DNA of 64,000 bases from Bugula neritina. Its lineage: Eukaryota > Animalia > Bryozoa. Below the pieces are notes generated by a model, which saw only the letters and a list, made by a program, of their open reading frames with translations, did no database searches and had not been told where the DNA came from. Location: NCBI GenBank assembly GCA_964035545.1, contig OZ037769.1, positions 12,554,633-12,618,632 on the forward strand, in the 5' to 3' direction. Below, piece by piece: positions 27,301 to 41,479 of this stretch; the first letter of the stretch is position 1, and every line of letters begins with the position of its first letter. The translations under genes and the position numbers were made by a program.

Positions 27301-28170
27301 TACAGAGTAACCACATCATATTACAGAGTAAACGCAATATATTACAGAATAAACACATCATATTACAGAATAAACACATCATATTACAGAATAAACACAT
27401 CATATTACAGAGTAAATACATGATATTACAGAATAAACACACTATATTACAGGTGCTACTCAGAAACTAGAAGACATGATAAAGGTAAAGCACCGAGACA
27501 CAGGTATGGTCATAGCACCTGGAGATGAGGATAGTGACAGTGAAGATGAGTCTCACAGGGTTCCCAGTGATCTTTCAGGTGAATTACTCTTCTTACTCAC
27601 TTTCAGTATGGCTTAGGATTCAACCTTCCGCCTTCTCTACCTTTATGTGTTTTTCTGATTGTTTGGTGCAGCGTAACCCTCACATTGCTAGGGCATGGTA
27701 GAGCTGCTTTAGCATTTGCTCCATCTAGTGGAAATTAGCAAGGATAAAATTTTAATAAAAGAAGTGGAAGCATTTTTAAATTTGTAACAACATTCTATGA
27801 ATTAAGTTTGTCTCTTGACTTCTTGTGCACAAAATTATATATAATAATATAAAATGATAGATTATACATGTGGAAGTTAGCTGGTGTATCCATCAGCTTT
27901 CTTGTAAATGTTGGAGCGTATAATGTGTCTAGTTTCAAAGTGTAACTACTACTTGGAGATTTTAAATTATTGTTTAATTAATTGTCATTTGAGATAAAAA
28001 GCTTTAACATGGAAACATAACCCTCTGCGTATAAATTATTGTAAATTAATATAATACTCTGTGTGTACATTATTGTAGAAGATGAAGCTGAGAGACTGGA
28101 GTTTGCCTCATTTAAAAAGTTTTTAGCCACTCAAATGAATAAAGAAAATCCTGAAGATGGACAGAGTTGA
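15331..28170 (+). CDS. GPN1: GPN-loop GTPase 1 (XAB1/Npa3 family), 10 coding exons
   Basis: Exons 15331-15477, 22929-23022, 23781-23887, 24827-24943, 25039-25179, 25648-25794, 26414-26496, 27066-27199, 27453-27578, 28079-28170; all GT-AG and in frame. Motifs [24 protein letters not shown] (GPN loop), [29 protein letters not shown]. Confidence 0.95.
16251..16892 (-). mobile_element. 3' part of a decayed CR1/L2-like LINE, split by the LTR element
   Basis: Broken RT C-terminal-like frames on the minus strand; a short tandem tail (tacctgtcga)x2 at 16251-16270; continues at 21591. Confidence 0.55.
16898..21585 (+). mobile_element. Full-length Ty3/Gypsy (Mag-like) LTR retrotransposon in GPN1 intron 1
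   Basis: 261 bp LTRs at 16898-17158 and 21325-21585 (TG...CA, one mismatch seen); 5 bp TSD AGTAG at 16893-16897 and 21586-21590; PBS TGGTGTCAGAAGTG at 17159 (tRNA-Leu type); PPT agaaaggggaga at 21313-21324. Confidence 0.97.
17193..21128 (+). CDS. Gag-Pol polyprotein (Gag, protease, RT, RNase H, integrase)
   Basis: Uninterrupted 1311 aa ORF: two CCHC-type knuckles, DTGA protease, LPFG and YIDD RT, DAS...YAQIEKE...TDHKPL RNase H, HHCC plus D-D-E (ADLF, SDNG, AER) integrase in Gypsy order. Confidence 0.97.
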   Translation: MATRAPSSFDFTNPSGWGEWIRRYSRYHNVTKMSKEADDLQIDSLLYTMGEAAEDIFIQLPLTNDDRKKYDKVKEAFDTYFKPRTNKAHHIVQFNGRTQEPNENNEEYIRALYSLAQHCEFGNAVNDNIKYRLLTGMKDKALSIELQQLTEDQLTLENVTQRMRAKEIIQRNLASAAPEQPADVDAIRKRDYSNNFQPKKHTMDIINNCHSCGSSHRRRHCSAYGKSCNKCGKFNHFAKVCRSKAITKSTTNAVQVPDATTDVNEEPCMFNVGLCSNVKLNACNSSVWFENFVFGKTKVAMKVDTGAQVNVLTRDIFENLDVSRELRKAGTKLTGYTGHVIPVDGVVELPFSFRGKTYKSEFYVTTAKNTPLLGLPTIKELGLIGIDQVEQVDTDSSKLIVEEFKDVFEGFGKLDIEHHITLRPEAKPVVCNVRPVPINVKPKLKAELDRLEKLEIIQKCNEPSDWVSPIVVAEKPNNQIRLCLDPRLLNKEIMREHYKLPTTTEIYSRIGQSKFFSTLDATKGFHQIPLDVESCKLTTFITPYGRYNYKRLPFGLNSSAEVFHKTMCQKLGDIEGIEIYIDDLLIHAPTKEIHDRRLREVLLRCREINLKLNPEKCAIGRQVVNFLGHEISGDGILPKRNRAKAIQEMLTPTCKNDVQRFLGFVNYMGKFCPDLANETQPLRQLLKKNTTFIWEKAHNNAFVKIKQLVSNAPLLKHFNSDEEITLQVDASSFSLGAVLMQKGQPVEFAAKSLTDTQKRYAQIEKELLAVLFGCRKFHYYVYGGSKFFVQTDHKPLLGIVEKNIEDTNPRIRRMLLELMSYDFKLVYKKGNEMYIADMLSRASYPDIDTSVNVAEFDPMNKLPEMIFCSDQAKAEYKQAVLSDRELQALKLLVINGWPPYRKSCSFVGRKYWPWRNEIGICDEFLFVGSKLIVPMSKQTEILQKLHKSHQGIVKTKALAKTVVFWPGINNQIEEMIQSCVQCRENIEQQCRQPMMASEIPKYPFHTVAADLFSLDGNDFMLIVDYFSKWLIIEPLKTTTSSSVIQCFEKTFADFGVACVLRSDNGPQFTSQQFKIFLNEQGIEHLTSSPGYPQSNGCAERYVRTAKALLKKCKAEGKTFYGGLRNLRNTPISDKIPSPAVLLQGRVLPDTLPRDLKTLFPNSYDEQIIQNEFEIVKSTQKLNYDRHAKSELSVLKPGQRVRAKINDKWILGKIQKQDLTGPRSYWVVTDENKLYRRTRGDITLTNEPQQIPTPVLPPMHRSIPAIPGPPIDQADDSNSSQFENSSNVNPPGAYRTQRGRLVRKPERLGYDM
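21591..21950 (-). mobile_element. 5' part of the decayed CR1/L2-like LINE RT fragment
   Basis: Minus strand [12 protein letters not shown] at ~21870-21906, followed by frameshifted LDSL/W/FN/YLG-like motifs. Confidence 0.65.
25777..26195 (+). repeat. 39 bp minisatellite spanning the GPN1 exon 6 donor site
   Basis: Unit gtataaactgtagaaaatatcttctgcaataatatcaag, ~10 copies; the first copy includes the exon end. Confidence 0.9.
27285..27452 (+). repeat. 21 bp minisatellite ending at the GPN1 exon 9 acceptor
   Basis: Unit aataaacacatcatattacag, 8 copies of tattacag; the last is the in-frame acceptor. Confidence 0.9.
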
Positions 28171-30428
28171 CCTCAGTGTCCTTCAGTATGATTGGATAGT
28201 CCCTCAGTGTCCGTCAATATGATTGGATAATCCCTTAGTATTCTCCGATGTGGCTAGACAGTCAATGACATAGCTCACTTGTAAATACAGCCTCAGCAAA
28301 TAATGTCAGTCACAGTTTCCTGTGAATAACTCAATCCTCATACAACTGAATGAAACCATATATTAGTATAATATCTGTATACCTCACAGCTTACAGCACC
28401 TGTTTGGTGTAAGTGTATACTCCAGCTAGAAGTCAGAATATTTGTTTTGTATATACAGCTGTGTGTGACTGCTCCACCCAAGTCAAACTTTCACAACAAT
28501 ATTCAAATATTTTTTTGTATATCGATTAGAAATCTTATTGTATATATTTTTGTAAATTACACTTCAAAATTTATTTCACATAAATTAAAAAAAATTAAAT
28601 AAATTAAAAATTAAATTAAAAGTTAGTCTTAAGAAGACCCAACTGCATCTACTCTGCAATAGTAAACTTTCTGCATTGGTGCTACTCGTTATAGTAATTC
28701 ATAGCAGGAAAAGGTGAAGGTCAAATTGAACTTCTGTTTGGCTTGGTGATATCCATATCACTCTTCAGAATACATTAGGATCATGCAGGAGTGAGGAATA
28801 GAGATGGTGCATATTAACATCAAAACAAAAACAATATGTTTGTTTGTTTGTTTGTTTGTTTGGTTTATTTCATCAAAGGTATTTAATAACACAAGGACAT
28901 TAGAAAATGCCAAGTTAGAGAAACATTTTTGTTAAACATTACATAGTATGTCTAGACTTTAGAACATTGCCTGTTAGAAACGGCCTTATCACAGAAACAA
29001 TCATCTCACTGAAATTCACTTGGTAGGGTAGCTGTGAACATTGGTAATTTCAAAACAATACTTTGATCATTGTGCAGTCGCTTAGCAACAAACAAGCTCT
29101 ATGATGATGCTAAAATATGGCAGTTGAAGATGATGTTCATGGAACATAAAACGCATTTTCAATTAATTAATATATTGGTTCTTTTTCAGTTGCTGATTAT
29201 GGGCATTATAAAAAGATCATAGTCAAAACAGATAATTGTTGGCATTTTTTTATCATCCCAAAAGTAGTTAATAGTAAAGGAAAAGGTTTTTATAAAATGC
29301 TTGGACAGATATTCTGGATGTATCAAATATATTAGATGGAGTGAGAGTACGTGAGAAGCAAGGTACTTGGTTACTATAAAATATTACAGTGGTCAGAATA
29401 AAAATTTGGCATCCATTCTACGCTCTCCCTTCTATATTAAAGTTCAAACTGCTCACCAAATTTATATCTGCCAGACAAATACTGCAATGCCATTTATACA
29501 TCACACTGCACTAGCCCAACTGTTGAAAGTTATTCAGCGTAGTATATATAATGTTCACAGTTTTGTAAAACTACTTGCATATAGTTTTATTTAGATTTTT
29601 TAACTGCAGAGCAGCTAGCTACTTTCATTTACTCTATTTTTGCTGCTAGGCATGCTTGTTTTATGTAAATTGTTTAATGAGTATTCAACTGTAAAGCTTT
29701 ATGAACCCTAATTTATTACCAATAGAACTGTTAGCAACTATTTTTAAACACACTGTTATTATGTTATAATATGTACATATTTCACCTATAGCACGAATTG
29801 TTAAACTACATTATGCTACATAATATATATTGCATCACAACATACTATTTTGCAGTTTGTATCAGAGTTATCTCACCACAAACACCTGATTATACCGGTT
29901 TTTCAAACTTGGGAGAAAACATGACGTCATAAATTCTCCCAGATTGCTGTGCAGTTAGCTTCCTTCCGTAATAGTATCTTGGTGAACTAAAAAAGAATAG
30001 CTACATCGCCCACCAAGAGTAACTTACTAAATGTAATAATTGTTATTTGCAAAGTAAATGTTATTGTAAACTGGCGTTTTCAAGTAATAGAAGTTTATTT
30101 AATTGCTAGCGCTTAATTTAAATTCACATGTAAGTCAACAAACCACACTCCACAGCACATACACTTAGAGTTAGTCTTACACTTACAGGCTACAGCTGTG
30201 GGTTTGGCTTAGTAAGGTAGTTTCAGTTTGTAAGACTGAGTGACAATTGTCATACTCAAGCACATTATGTTTGTGTCTGTGAGTTGTTCACCGTCACATT
30301 TTGATTTTTTTTAGTTTCAAGTTGAATAATAGTAACTATTTTAAATCAAAGTAGTTAGTGTTACTGCTCACTAAGACTAAGACTCTAAGTCTAAGAGTAA
30401 GAGAAAGTTCAACTAGTAACAATAAGTA

Positions 30429-32499
30429 GGGGAAGGCGGGGTAAGTTGGGTCAAAAATTGGTTTTTTTAATATTGTGGCCGATCTAAGCATGTAAATATC
30501 AAACTGTTTGTCATAAAGATAGATTAACATGTTATCTGCGATAGCCCAATTTTATTTTGAGGCAACACCAACATTGAGTCAGCTACAGATAATACCGTAA
30601 AACCTTTCTTCTGACCTAACTTACCCCGCATGAGGGGCAAGTTGGGTCACCACCAAAAAAAAAATGGGGCAAGTTGGGTCGCTATTTCATTACTATGGCA
30701 TCTAACATATCACTGAAATAAATTCAGTTTATTAATTTTCATTAGGTCTAAGCAATGATTAACAGCATATTAGTTTGAGAAAAACATACAAAGTTTGTAA
30801 CATAGGCCCCCAGTCATCATTTAATTTAGTGAGATTATTTGAGTTTAGACTCTGGGAATGGACGAAGAAGTAAACCGAATTTGTTTGGGGCTATTATTTT
30901 TATTTAATAAAGGCATCAAGAAAACTAACTCAAAGCCCATGCCATTTAGTTTGTTGCCAAAACTAACACAGCCTATAGTTCGAACAGTTGTTCCAGTTGA
31001 GACAGGTGCCCCCAGCACTCTAAAAATTTGCTCAGCCTCCACTGTATATATGTCTGGCTATGATGGCTTAGAGAATGTGCCCTGTGGAGTCTTTTTGTAA
31101 AAGTCCAATCTCCAATCTCCTTCATCCTTGCCAACCACCATTCCAACAAAACTTATGGTTGAACGTTTTCCTTTGTATTTTGCCACCACAAACGCCCCTT
31201 CTTCTACATCTGTCACATCCTGTTCTTCTGCTTCCGCCTCGGATGGTGAATCGCTGTCTGTCTCTAGTGGAACTATGGTTCTGCTCATCTTCACTGCAGG
31301 ATTCTGGCTCTTTCTGTATAGGCCTACGCTTAGGTCGTTCCTTTCCTTTATTCAACTTGTCTGCTCATTCTTGCTCGATTCTTTCTTTCTCTGGTGTGTC
31401 TATCAGTGTAGCGGTCTTTACCCGCTTTCTTCTGGGTGCTCCATTTTTGCATAGAGCAGCTTTGGGTAAGAGAAGAACATCTTGAGGGGTAACAGGCTGC
31501 TTAGAGGTAGCCACCACCAGTGAAGTAGAAGTATCCTGAGAGGTAGCCCCTGCCAATAAACCAGAAGTACTAGGCGTGCTTGGATTGTAGATTGGAATCT
31601 GGAATAAAGTTGGCTGAGATGAACTTGGCTAAGTTGAATTAGATTATCTTGCTCATTGGTCACTCTTTGAGGTTTGTCCGTAACATCGGTTGGAACATAG
31701 TCGGCGTAGGTAAATATGCCTGCTTTTGATGGGAATATGCCAGATGAGCGAAAGCCCGATGTTATATTAGCAACAATCATGTTTTGCCCAAATGCTCGCT
31801 TTGTTAGGGGGCCAATGTCTTTCACTTTTATGCTCATGTTCAGATAGGTTATCATTTAGTTATCCATTGCCTTGTTGAAGTATGTTTTCATTGGACCGAA
31901 AACAGTTCTATCCAGAGACTGTAATTGGTGTGAAGTATGTGGTGGCAAGGTGAGTAGAACAACTCCTGATTCTTTAGCAAGAGTTACAGACTCTCTAAGG
32001 ATATATGTGAGCAGTGATTATCCAGTATCACGATCTGCAACAATAATATTACATTAACACTATGTTTAGTGACTTGGGGCAAGTTAGGCCACTGAGCCAA
32101 CTAGCCCCAAAATTTTGACCCAACTTGCCCCATTGGCAGCAATTTTGTAAAGCATGTAATTTTTGCATGAAAAAATTAATTTAAAAAGTTTTATAATCCA
32201 CCAAATATAAGCTAACTACCTAAGCATTCATGACACAAAACATCAGCACTCTAACCTCATGCTTAATGACAAAGTTTTGGTCTACTGTTTCGGTGAACAG
32301 AATGTCAAATAAAGCAAAAATATTGATATTAGGTAATATTTCACTCACCTCTTTTTTGATAGTGTTGTTGTAATAGCAGGAAGTTATTTTAGTTTGGCCT
32401 TTACTTCTTGACCTAACTATTCAGTTTCCTAGCATTACAGTTTTTGAGAAAATGGCCTGACCCAACTTGCCCCTTGACCCAACTTACCCCACCTTCCCC
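30429..32499 (-). mobile_element. Internally deleted pogo/Tigger-like (Tc1-mariner superfamily) DNA transposon
   Basis: TIRs ggggaaggcggggtaagttgggtca / tgacccaacttaccccaccttcccc; TA TSD; subterminal ggggcaagttgggtc repeats; minus-strand DDE_1 remnant LPPHTSHQLQSLDRTVFGPMK...SGFRSSGIFP with a stop and frameshifts; N-terminal half missing. Confidence 0.9.
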
Positions 32500-32898
32500 T
32501 ATAACTGGTTCAGCATAAATCTAACAGTAGCTCTAAGTCTAAAGATGGAGATTTGAATATTTGTGCACGGGAATTTTTTTATAGATTTTATCACTATCAC
32601 AATATCAGATTTAGTATGAGTATCAATATGAATGTAGTACGAGTATTACTAGTATTTATCTTGATCATCTTATGACTTACAGTTGCACTTAGTCATAGTT
32701 CTTAGTCTTACTCTTACTTAACAAGTAGATCAAGTAACAAACTAAAATTACATATACTCAGTCAATTTTAACCTTCGACCAGATTTAACTGTCAATTGTT
32801 ACTGTGGTAATTTTTATAGTAATAGATAAATAATCAGTGATAGTTTATAAATAAACATGCTATGTTAACATAGTAGTCACTGATCAGGTCTGCCAGAT

Positions 32899-33065
32899 GG
32901 GTGCAGGTCGTTTCGTACGCAAGTCATTTTGTCAGGTCGTTTCATACACATCAATATATTTTAACTAAAATACATGTTATTTATATTTATTTATTATTTG
33001 AGTTTGAGAGTTAATTCATTATTCATTTTGTGTACAACAATTTGTGTACGAAACGACAGGAACTC
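32899..33065. mobile_element. 167 bp MITE with 8-10 bp target-site duplication
   Basis: Direct repeat (tc)tgccagat on both flanks; imperfect TIRs sharing gtcgtttcgtac / gtacgaaacgac. Confidence 0.7.
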
Positions 33066-34264
33066 TGCCAGATTTAGTGCCACTGTAGCTACTGAGACTA
33101 CATAGTATTAGACTTTATGGTACTAGCAACTTTGGGACACTCTAACATTATAATTTTTATATTAGTCTGGCTTATAATGCTGTCACCGAATGTGGTTTAA
33201 ATGTATAGCAGAGTATGTCAAAATATATTAGATCTGGCGATTCCTTCAGGTTTTTAATTTACTATTATTGAATTGTTACAACAACCGTAATTAATATTAT
33301 GTTTAGCTGTAACGGAATTAAGTTCAAGTGCATAAAATCTCTTAACTTAAACTCATTCGATTCATTGACTTGCCTTAAAGGTTTTGACTAACATGCTGCA
33401 AGTTAAAGTATTGAGATGTTTAATTTATAGTTCAGCATTTATAACAATCATTCAAGTACATGAATTCAAATGATAATGATTTGAGTGAGTTTTAATAAAA
33501 ATACCCCGAATTTTTTTCAGCAACCAGTGATAGTTTAAATGCTGTTAGAAAGATTTACTGGTTATTGTAATTCAATAGCATGTATAATTCTAATACCAAC
33601 AGTTCTAGTTGTTCCAAAGCTAAGCTCGGCAACTTGGACTTTGCTTACTTTAACATTTTGATAAGCCGTTCATTGATTCTGAAAAGTTTGTATTGTCAAT
33701 GACTCAATTTGAACTAAATGCTAAATTTATAATTGAGATCTAGTGTAACGTTCTCATTTGAAGTTAATTAATAATTCCTTAAGTTTATATATTTCAAACA
33801 TTGCATCTACGTAGTTGAAACTTGAACCTATGATAAAATTTAATACAATGGTGGTAAACTGGAGTAACATAATTTGCAATTATTTTGATGACTTAAGTTT
33901 CAAATTATCAATAGCTGTAAAGCTGGATTATGTAAGACTAGGAATTTAATTATTATCTTTACTGAGTGATGGTCACTCATTTTTCTTACAAAAAAGGTTG
34001 TTCAAGTACAACTCTTATTTCACAAACTAAGTTAGAGCTTTAATACTGAATATGAATTTAGTATTAAGTTCAACATCCTTAGATTGGGTGTGGTTTGTTG
34101 TTCATTGGCTAGATAAGCTCAGCTATGTTATCTTGTAAGGTATGTTGTATGTTGTAATTAAACGTGAATATGTCTAATATTTTTGTTTTATCTCGTACAT
34201 CAAAGTAAGGTATTTGAATATAAAGTGAACAGCTGATCTAGAGTTACCAACTGTGTATGTGTAG

Positions 34265-37149
<2,885 letters not shown>

Positions 37150-39199
37150 AGACTGCCATTTCACCTGACCTTAGATTCAATTCTTATGAAACACTAGTTA
37201 AAAAGAAAGGGGCGTTGCCAATTGAACTTCGTACCAAATAACATTGGCTGATAGAGTTGGATGCCTGAAAGTGCGACTTGATATAGTTATTAGCTCAGTA
37301 TATTTATCTTATGTAGTTGGTAAACAGATTAGGGGACCTGCTTTTTCACTTATTTATACCTTGAATATCATGTTTTAATTTCCTTGTTGAAAAACTCACA
37401 GCCTACATGGGACCACAACTCTAACATTCTTGAAACAATAATCCTATTCCTATTACTAGCTTTTGTGTCCAGAGTACGAATTCTTAAAAATGATATGGAT
37501 AAAAAGTGGGGTGGCTGCTGATACACTCAATCTTCAAGTAGGCATGTTTTACAATATTTTGGATTTTTGAACAGTTTCTATTTTGTTGTAAATTTTTTAG
37601 TTTGCTATTAATTGTTATAACGTGGCTAATGTTGCTAACTCTGTTTACCTAGAAATATGTAGCTCGCATTATTATATCTATTATTATTCTTGCTATATTA
37701 AATTATTATGATATTTCACAATATATTGTTATACTGATTCAAATTTGGCATACTGCGTATTTCAGTGATGGTTGCTGAGCCCTCTAGGCTATTTATAGTT
37801 ATAGTGATGACTCATCATTGAATATTAAACACTCCCACACATGATTTGGTGACTGGCTATCAACACAGTCACGTAGCATGAGAAATCTTATATGAGCCAT
37901 ACGTCATAGGAGTCATACATTATGACCACCACTTGCTATGAAACACAAATTTACCGGAATTAAAACCTTTCGAGTTGGAAACATAACAGAACACAATGTT
38001 TAGACAATTTCCAATAAAAAGGCTAGGCAAGTAGTTTGTCTGCTATAACTGTAGCACTTAAATACAATTGAAGAGTTTGCAGTCCGTGTAAGTAAATCTT
38101 GGTGCATAACACAAATAGATAGCTGGTACTTTTTTATTATGGAATATCAATTTTGATATTTTTACAGTGCGTTTATATATAACTGTGTTAACATTGATGG
38201 TAGGAAACAAACCAGTGTGTGTATTTACTGGCAGTCTTGTAAACTGCAACTTCACACATGGCATAGAGTTATCCTCTCACAGAACATGATACGAGACCAA
38301 ATAAGAGTTTAGACTTAGGGTAAATTACAGGAGCAGAACTTAGGTACATTTCCCTTTTTGATTGGACATTTAGTCAACTCCTCTCCTTTGCTTCCATCAA
38401 TTTCATTCAATATTATGTCTGGTCCTTTAAGCTTCAGTAATGCTAGAGATTCTTCAATTAGAGAACCTAAATATTTTTACAATGCTTGAAATTTTGCTTA
38501 ATAGCATAATGTGTTGAGCGAACCGAATTTATTGAAGATGTGGTAGCTGATGATGAAATGAATTATATATAATCAAGTGAGGTGAAACAGTTAGAGTGAC
38601 TCAGAAAGGAATTTCCATAATTTTGCTAAAATAAACTGGGAGCTGGAAGCATACAGCACATTTAAATACATGACAGGCTTGCCTCTCATTTTACTTCTAA
38701 TATAAGGTCCTTAGCTGACAGAAGTTTTACTGCATGTTTCCATCCCTACATTTTTACAGTTTCATAACAGCAAGAGATACCAAAAATAAAAATAAATATA
38801 TAATAATATATACAAGTGATAATATAGCTTTATCAAAATAATGTAGGTGTGTTGCAAAAATAATATATTAGTGAGAAACCACTGATCTCAAAATAATTTG
38901 AATATAGAAGAATAAACTAACTAGAAAAAGCGCTTATATATAAAATTGCATTAATTTGGGTATTGTTGCAGTAGTCTAATATTTTGCCCGAAGGAAAGAA
39001 GACGACTCCCAATAATGGTTCAAAAGCTGGTTTTACAAGGTCGATTATGTAAAACGAACTGTTATTAAGTTACTCACCAACATGACTAAAAATTTGGTAG
39101 TCAATGGTGTATGAAATCAGAGTTTGAAATAATCAAAATGAGTCACCGACTGACTAACTAGTGACTGAGTCGCCGACTGATCAACTAGTGACTAAGTTG

Positions 39200-41444
39200 T
39201 CACCAGTCAGTGGGCTCATCTTCAGAATCTGACTCTTCTTCAATCGCAATGTTCATCTTCTTGAACCGAGCTTTCAGAGCTTCTTGAAAGTCTATCTCCA
39301 CTTTGCTGTCTGCCGGTTTCTTAACAGTCTGAGCGCGACGTAGATTTACACCTTGTTTTATCAGAGCCAACATATTCTGCATTGGATCAGCCTTTGCCCT
39401 GCCTGCCTTGCCGTCTTGTCCAGAGAAAGAGTTCAGTTTCACAGACTTCAATGAGTCAACAGTCAGCATGCTACTCAGTTTAGGAGTCTGTAGCAAGCCA
39501 ATAGGAGCTGACAGTGGCGGCGGAGGTGGTGGGATGCCGGGTGGTGGCGGCGGAGGAGGTGGGATGCCGGGTGGTGGCGGAGGAGGTGGGATTCCTGGCG
39601 GCGGAGGTGGTGGGATGCCGGGTGGTGGCGGAGGAGGTGAGATTCCTGGCGGCGGAGGAGGGATGCCGGGTGGTGGCGGAGGAACACCAGGAGACAGAGA
39701 AGAGACACTGGCTGAAGGCTGAAGTTTGTTGGAATGAGTTTCTCCATAAGAAGCTGGGGAGCCACAAGAGCCCAAAACTCCAGGTACATGCATGCCGTCA
39801 CCATTATCACCCAGAGCTTGAGAAACCTGTTCATCGTGCTCCACTGGTGGGATTTTATTCTTGTTTTTCTAAAAAGAATGTAAAGGTCAAGGGTTAAAAT
39901 TATGAATTAAAAGATTTATCTGAAAATAATAGTGTCACACTATCGGCAGCCCGAATCAACAACCAGACGTGGAGGAATTAGTGCAGTACAGTCATACGAT
40001 TTGTTGGATCAACTGTTGTAACTAATAAGTATGTTAACAAACCTGTTTGAATTTCTTTATTCTCTGTACAGTTCTTTTCCTCTCCTCATCGTGAAACTTC
40101 TGCAGACGAGCCTTTTCTTGTGCTTGCTCTTCTCTCCTCTGTAAACAACCACCTCAGTTTCAAAGCCAGCTAATCACATAATTTCATAGATTTACTAGCA
40201 GTTTTTCTACTTCAGTATTACGTGTGGGAATAGAGACTTTAATACAATTATAATAACTCTTGTTGTAGAATAGTATTCTAGATTCCAATAACAATAGATT
40301 GCAACTGTAAGACCTGAATTCATTTCAAACACTAGTTTATGTATACTGATGGATAAAGGTAAAACCTATCCATGTAAAGGAATTTCTGTAACATGACTGT
40401 TGAAAGTGAAGCTAATTGCACTGCTGTAGTTGTCCTGCATAGACACTCGGGTGACTAGCTGTAAGATTATGGAATTGTTCTCTCTTTTACTACTATACTC
40501 AATGCAACAACAATTGATGTGAATACTCTAATGCAAACTTACCCAAGTTTATACCTGTGAGAACCCCTGATGGAAAGGGTGTTACGTTAACTCGAGCTAA
40601 GGACTTATTCAGATGGGGCACAGGAGTAATTATGACTGGATGCTCTTTCTAACATCACTAATGGCCTTTGTCGGGTTCGAACCCATGACTCCGTGTTCAC
40701 AAGGCAAACGCTTTAACGCCTAGACCACGGCTGGTCTTTACTGGGGTTCGAACTTATGACTACGTGTTTACTAAGTCAAACGCTCTAACCCCTAGACCAC
40801 ATGGCTATTGGCATGTGAAAAGTACAAAGTTGACTGAAATGTATTAGTTTATGATGACTTTAACAGCCAAGACACTCAGCACTGCGCCATATAACACATA
40901 CCTTTTGAACGAGATGGTGTTTCTCTTGCTGCTCTCTCTTCTGCACCTTCATCTTCTCTTTAGCCTCTTTCTGGTGTTCCATGTCGGCCTGTGAACAGAG
41001 AACAACGTTGACCCCATTGCTGAGTCAGCATAAAAAAGTCGACTTCACTAGAAACTGCATGTACTGTATAGCTCTTCTAAGGGGTACATAATGCAACAGG
41101 GCCAAATCTCACTGCACGCACACACCCTCTACTAGGGACATAATACAAATAACATGCCTTTTTATAAACAATAATCAATAACTTTTAATCAATGAGTCCA
41201 AACTTACTATCTGATTTCGGAGCTGAGCTTGCTTTTTCGACAGCCTGCTAATTTTGGCCGAGAGTGATGTAATTTCCTCTTTGAGTGTCACCGTTTGGTG
41301 CTTGGCTCCTGATTGGACGTCTACCTGATCCAGTTGAGATTCCTCTTCAACGGCGTCAAAAAACTCATCCGCGTTATTAACTACAGAACATGTAATATTT
41401 TAGTATTACCTCAGACTACAGTCATAGATGATCAATCAGCATGT

Positions 41445-41479
<35 letters not shown>

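Noticed and set aside
39408-39897. Gly-rich and other overlapping ORFs
   Set aside because: Alternative frames and antisense of the polyproline exon of WHAMM/JMY.
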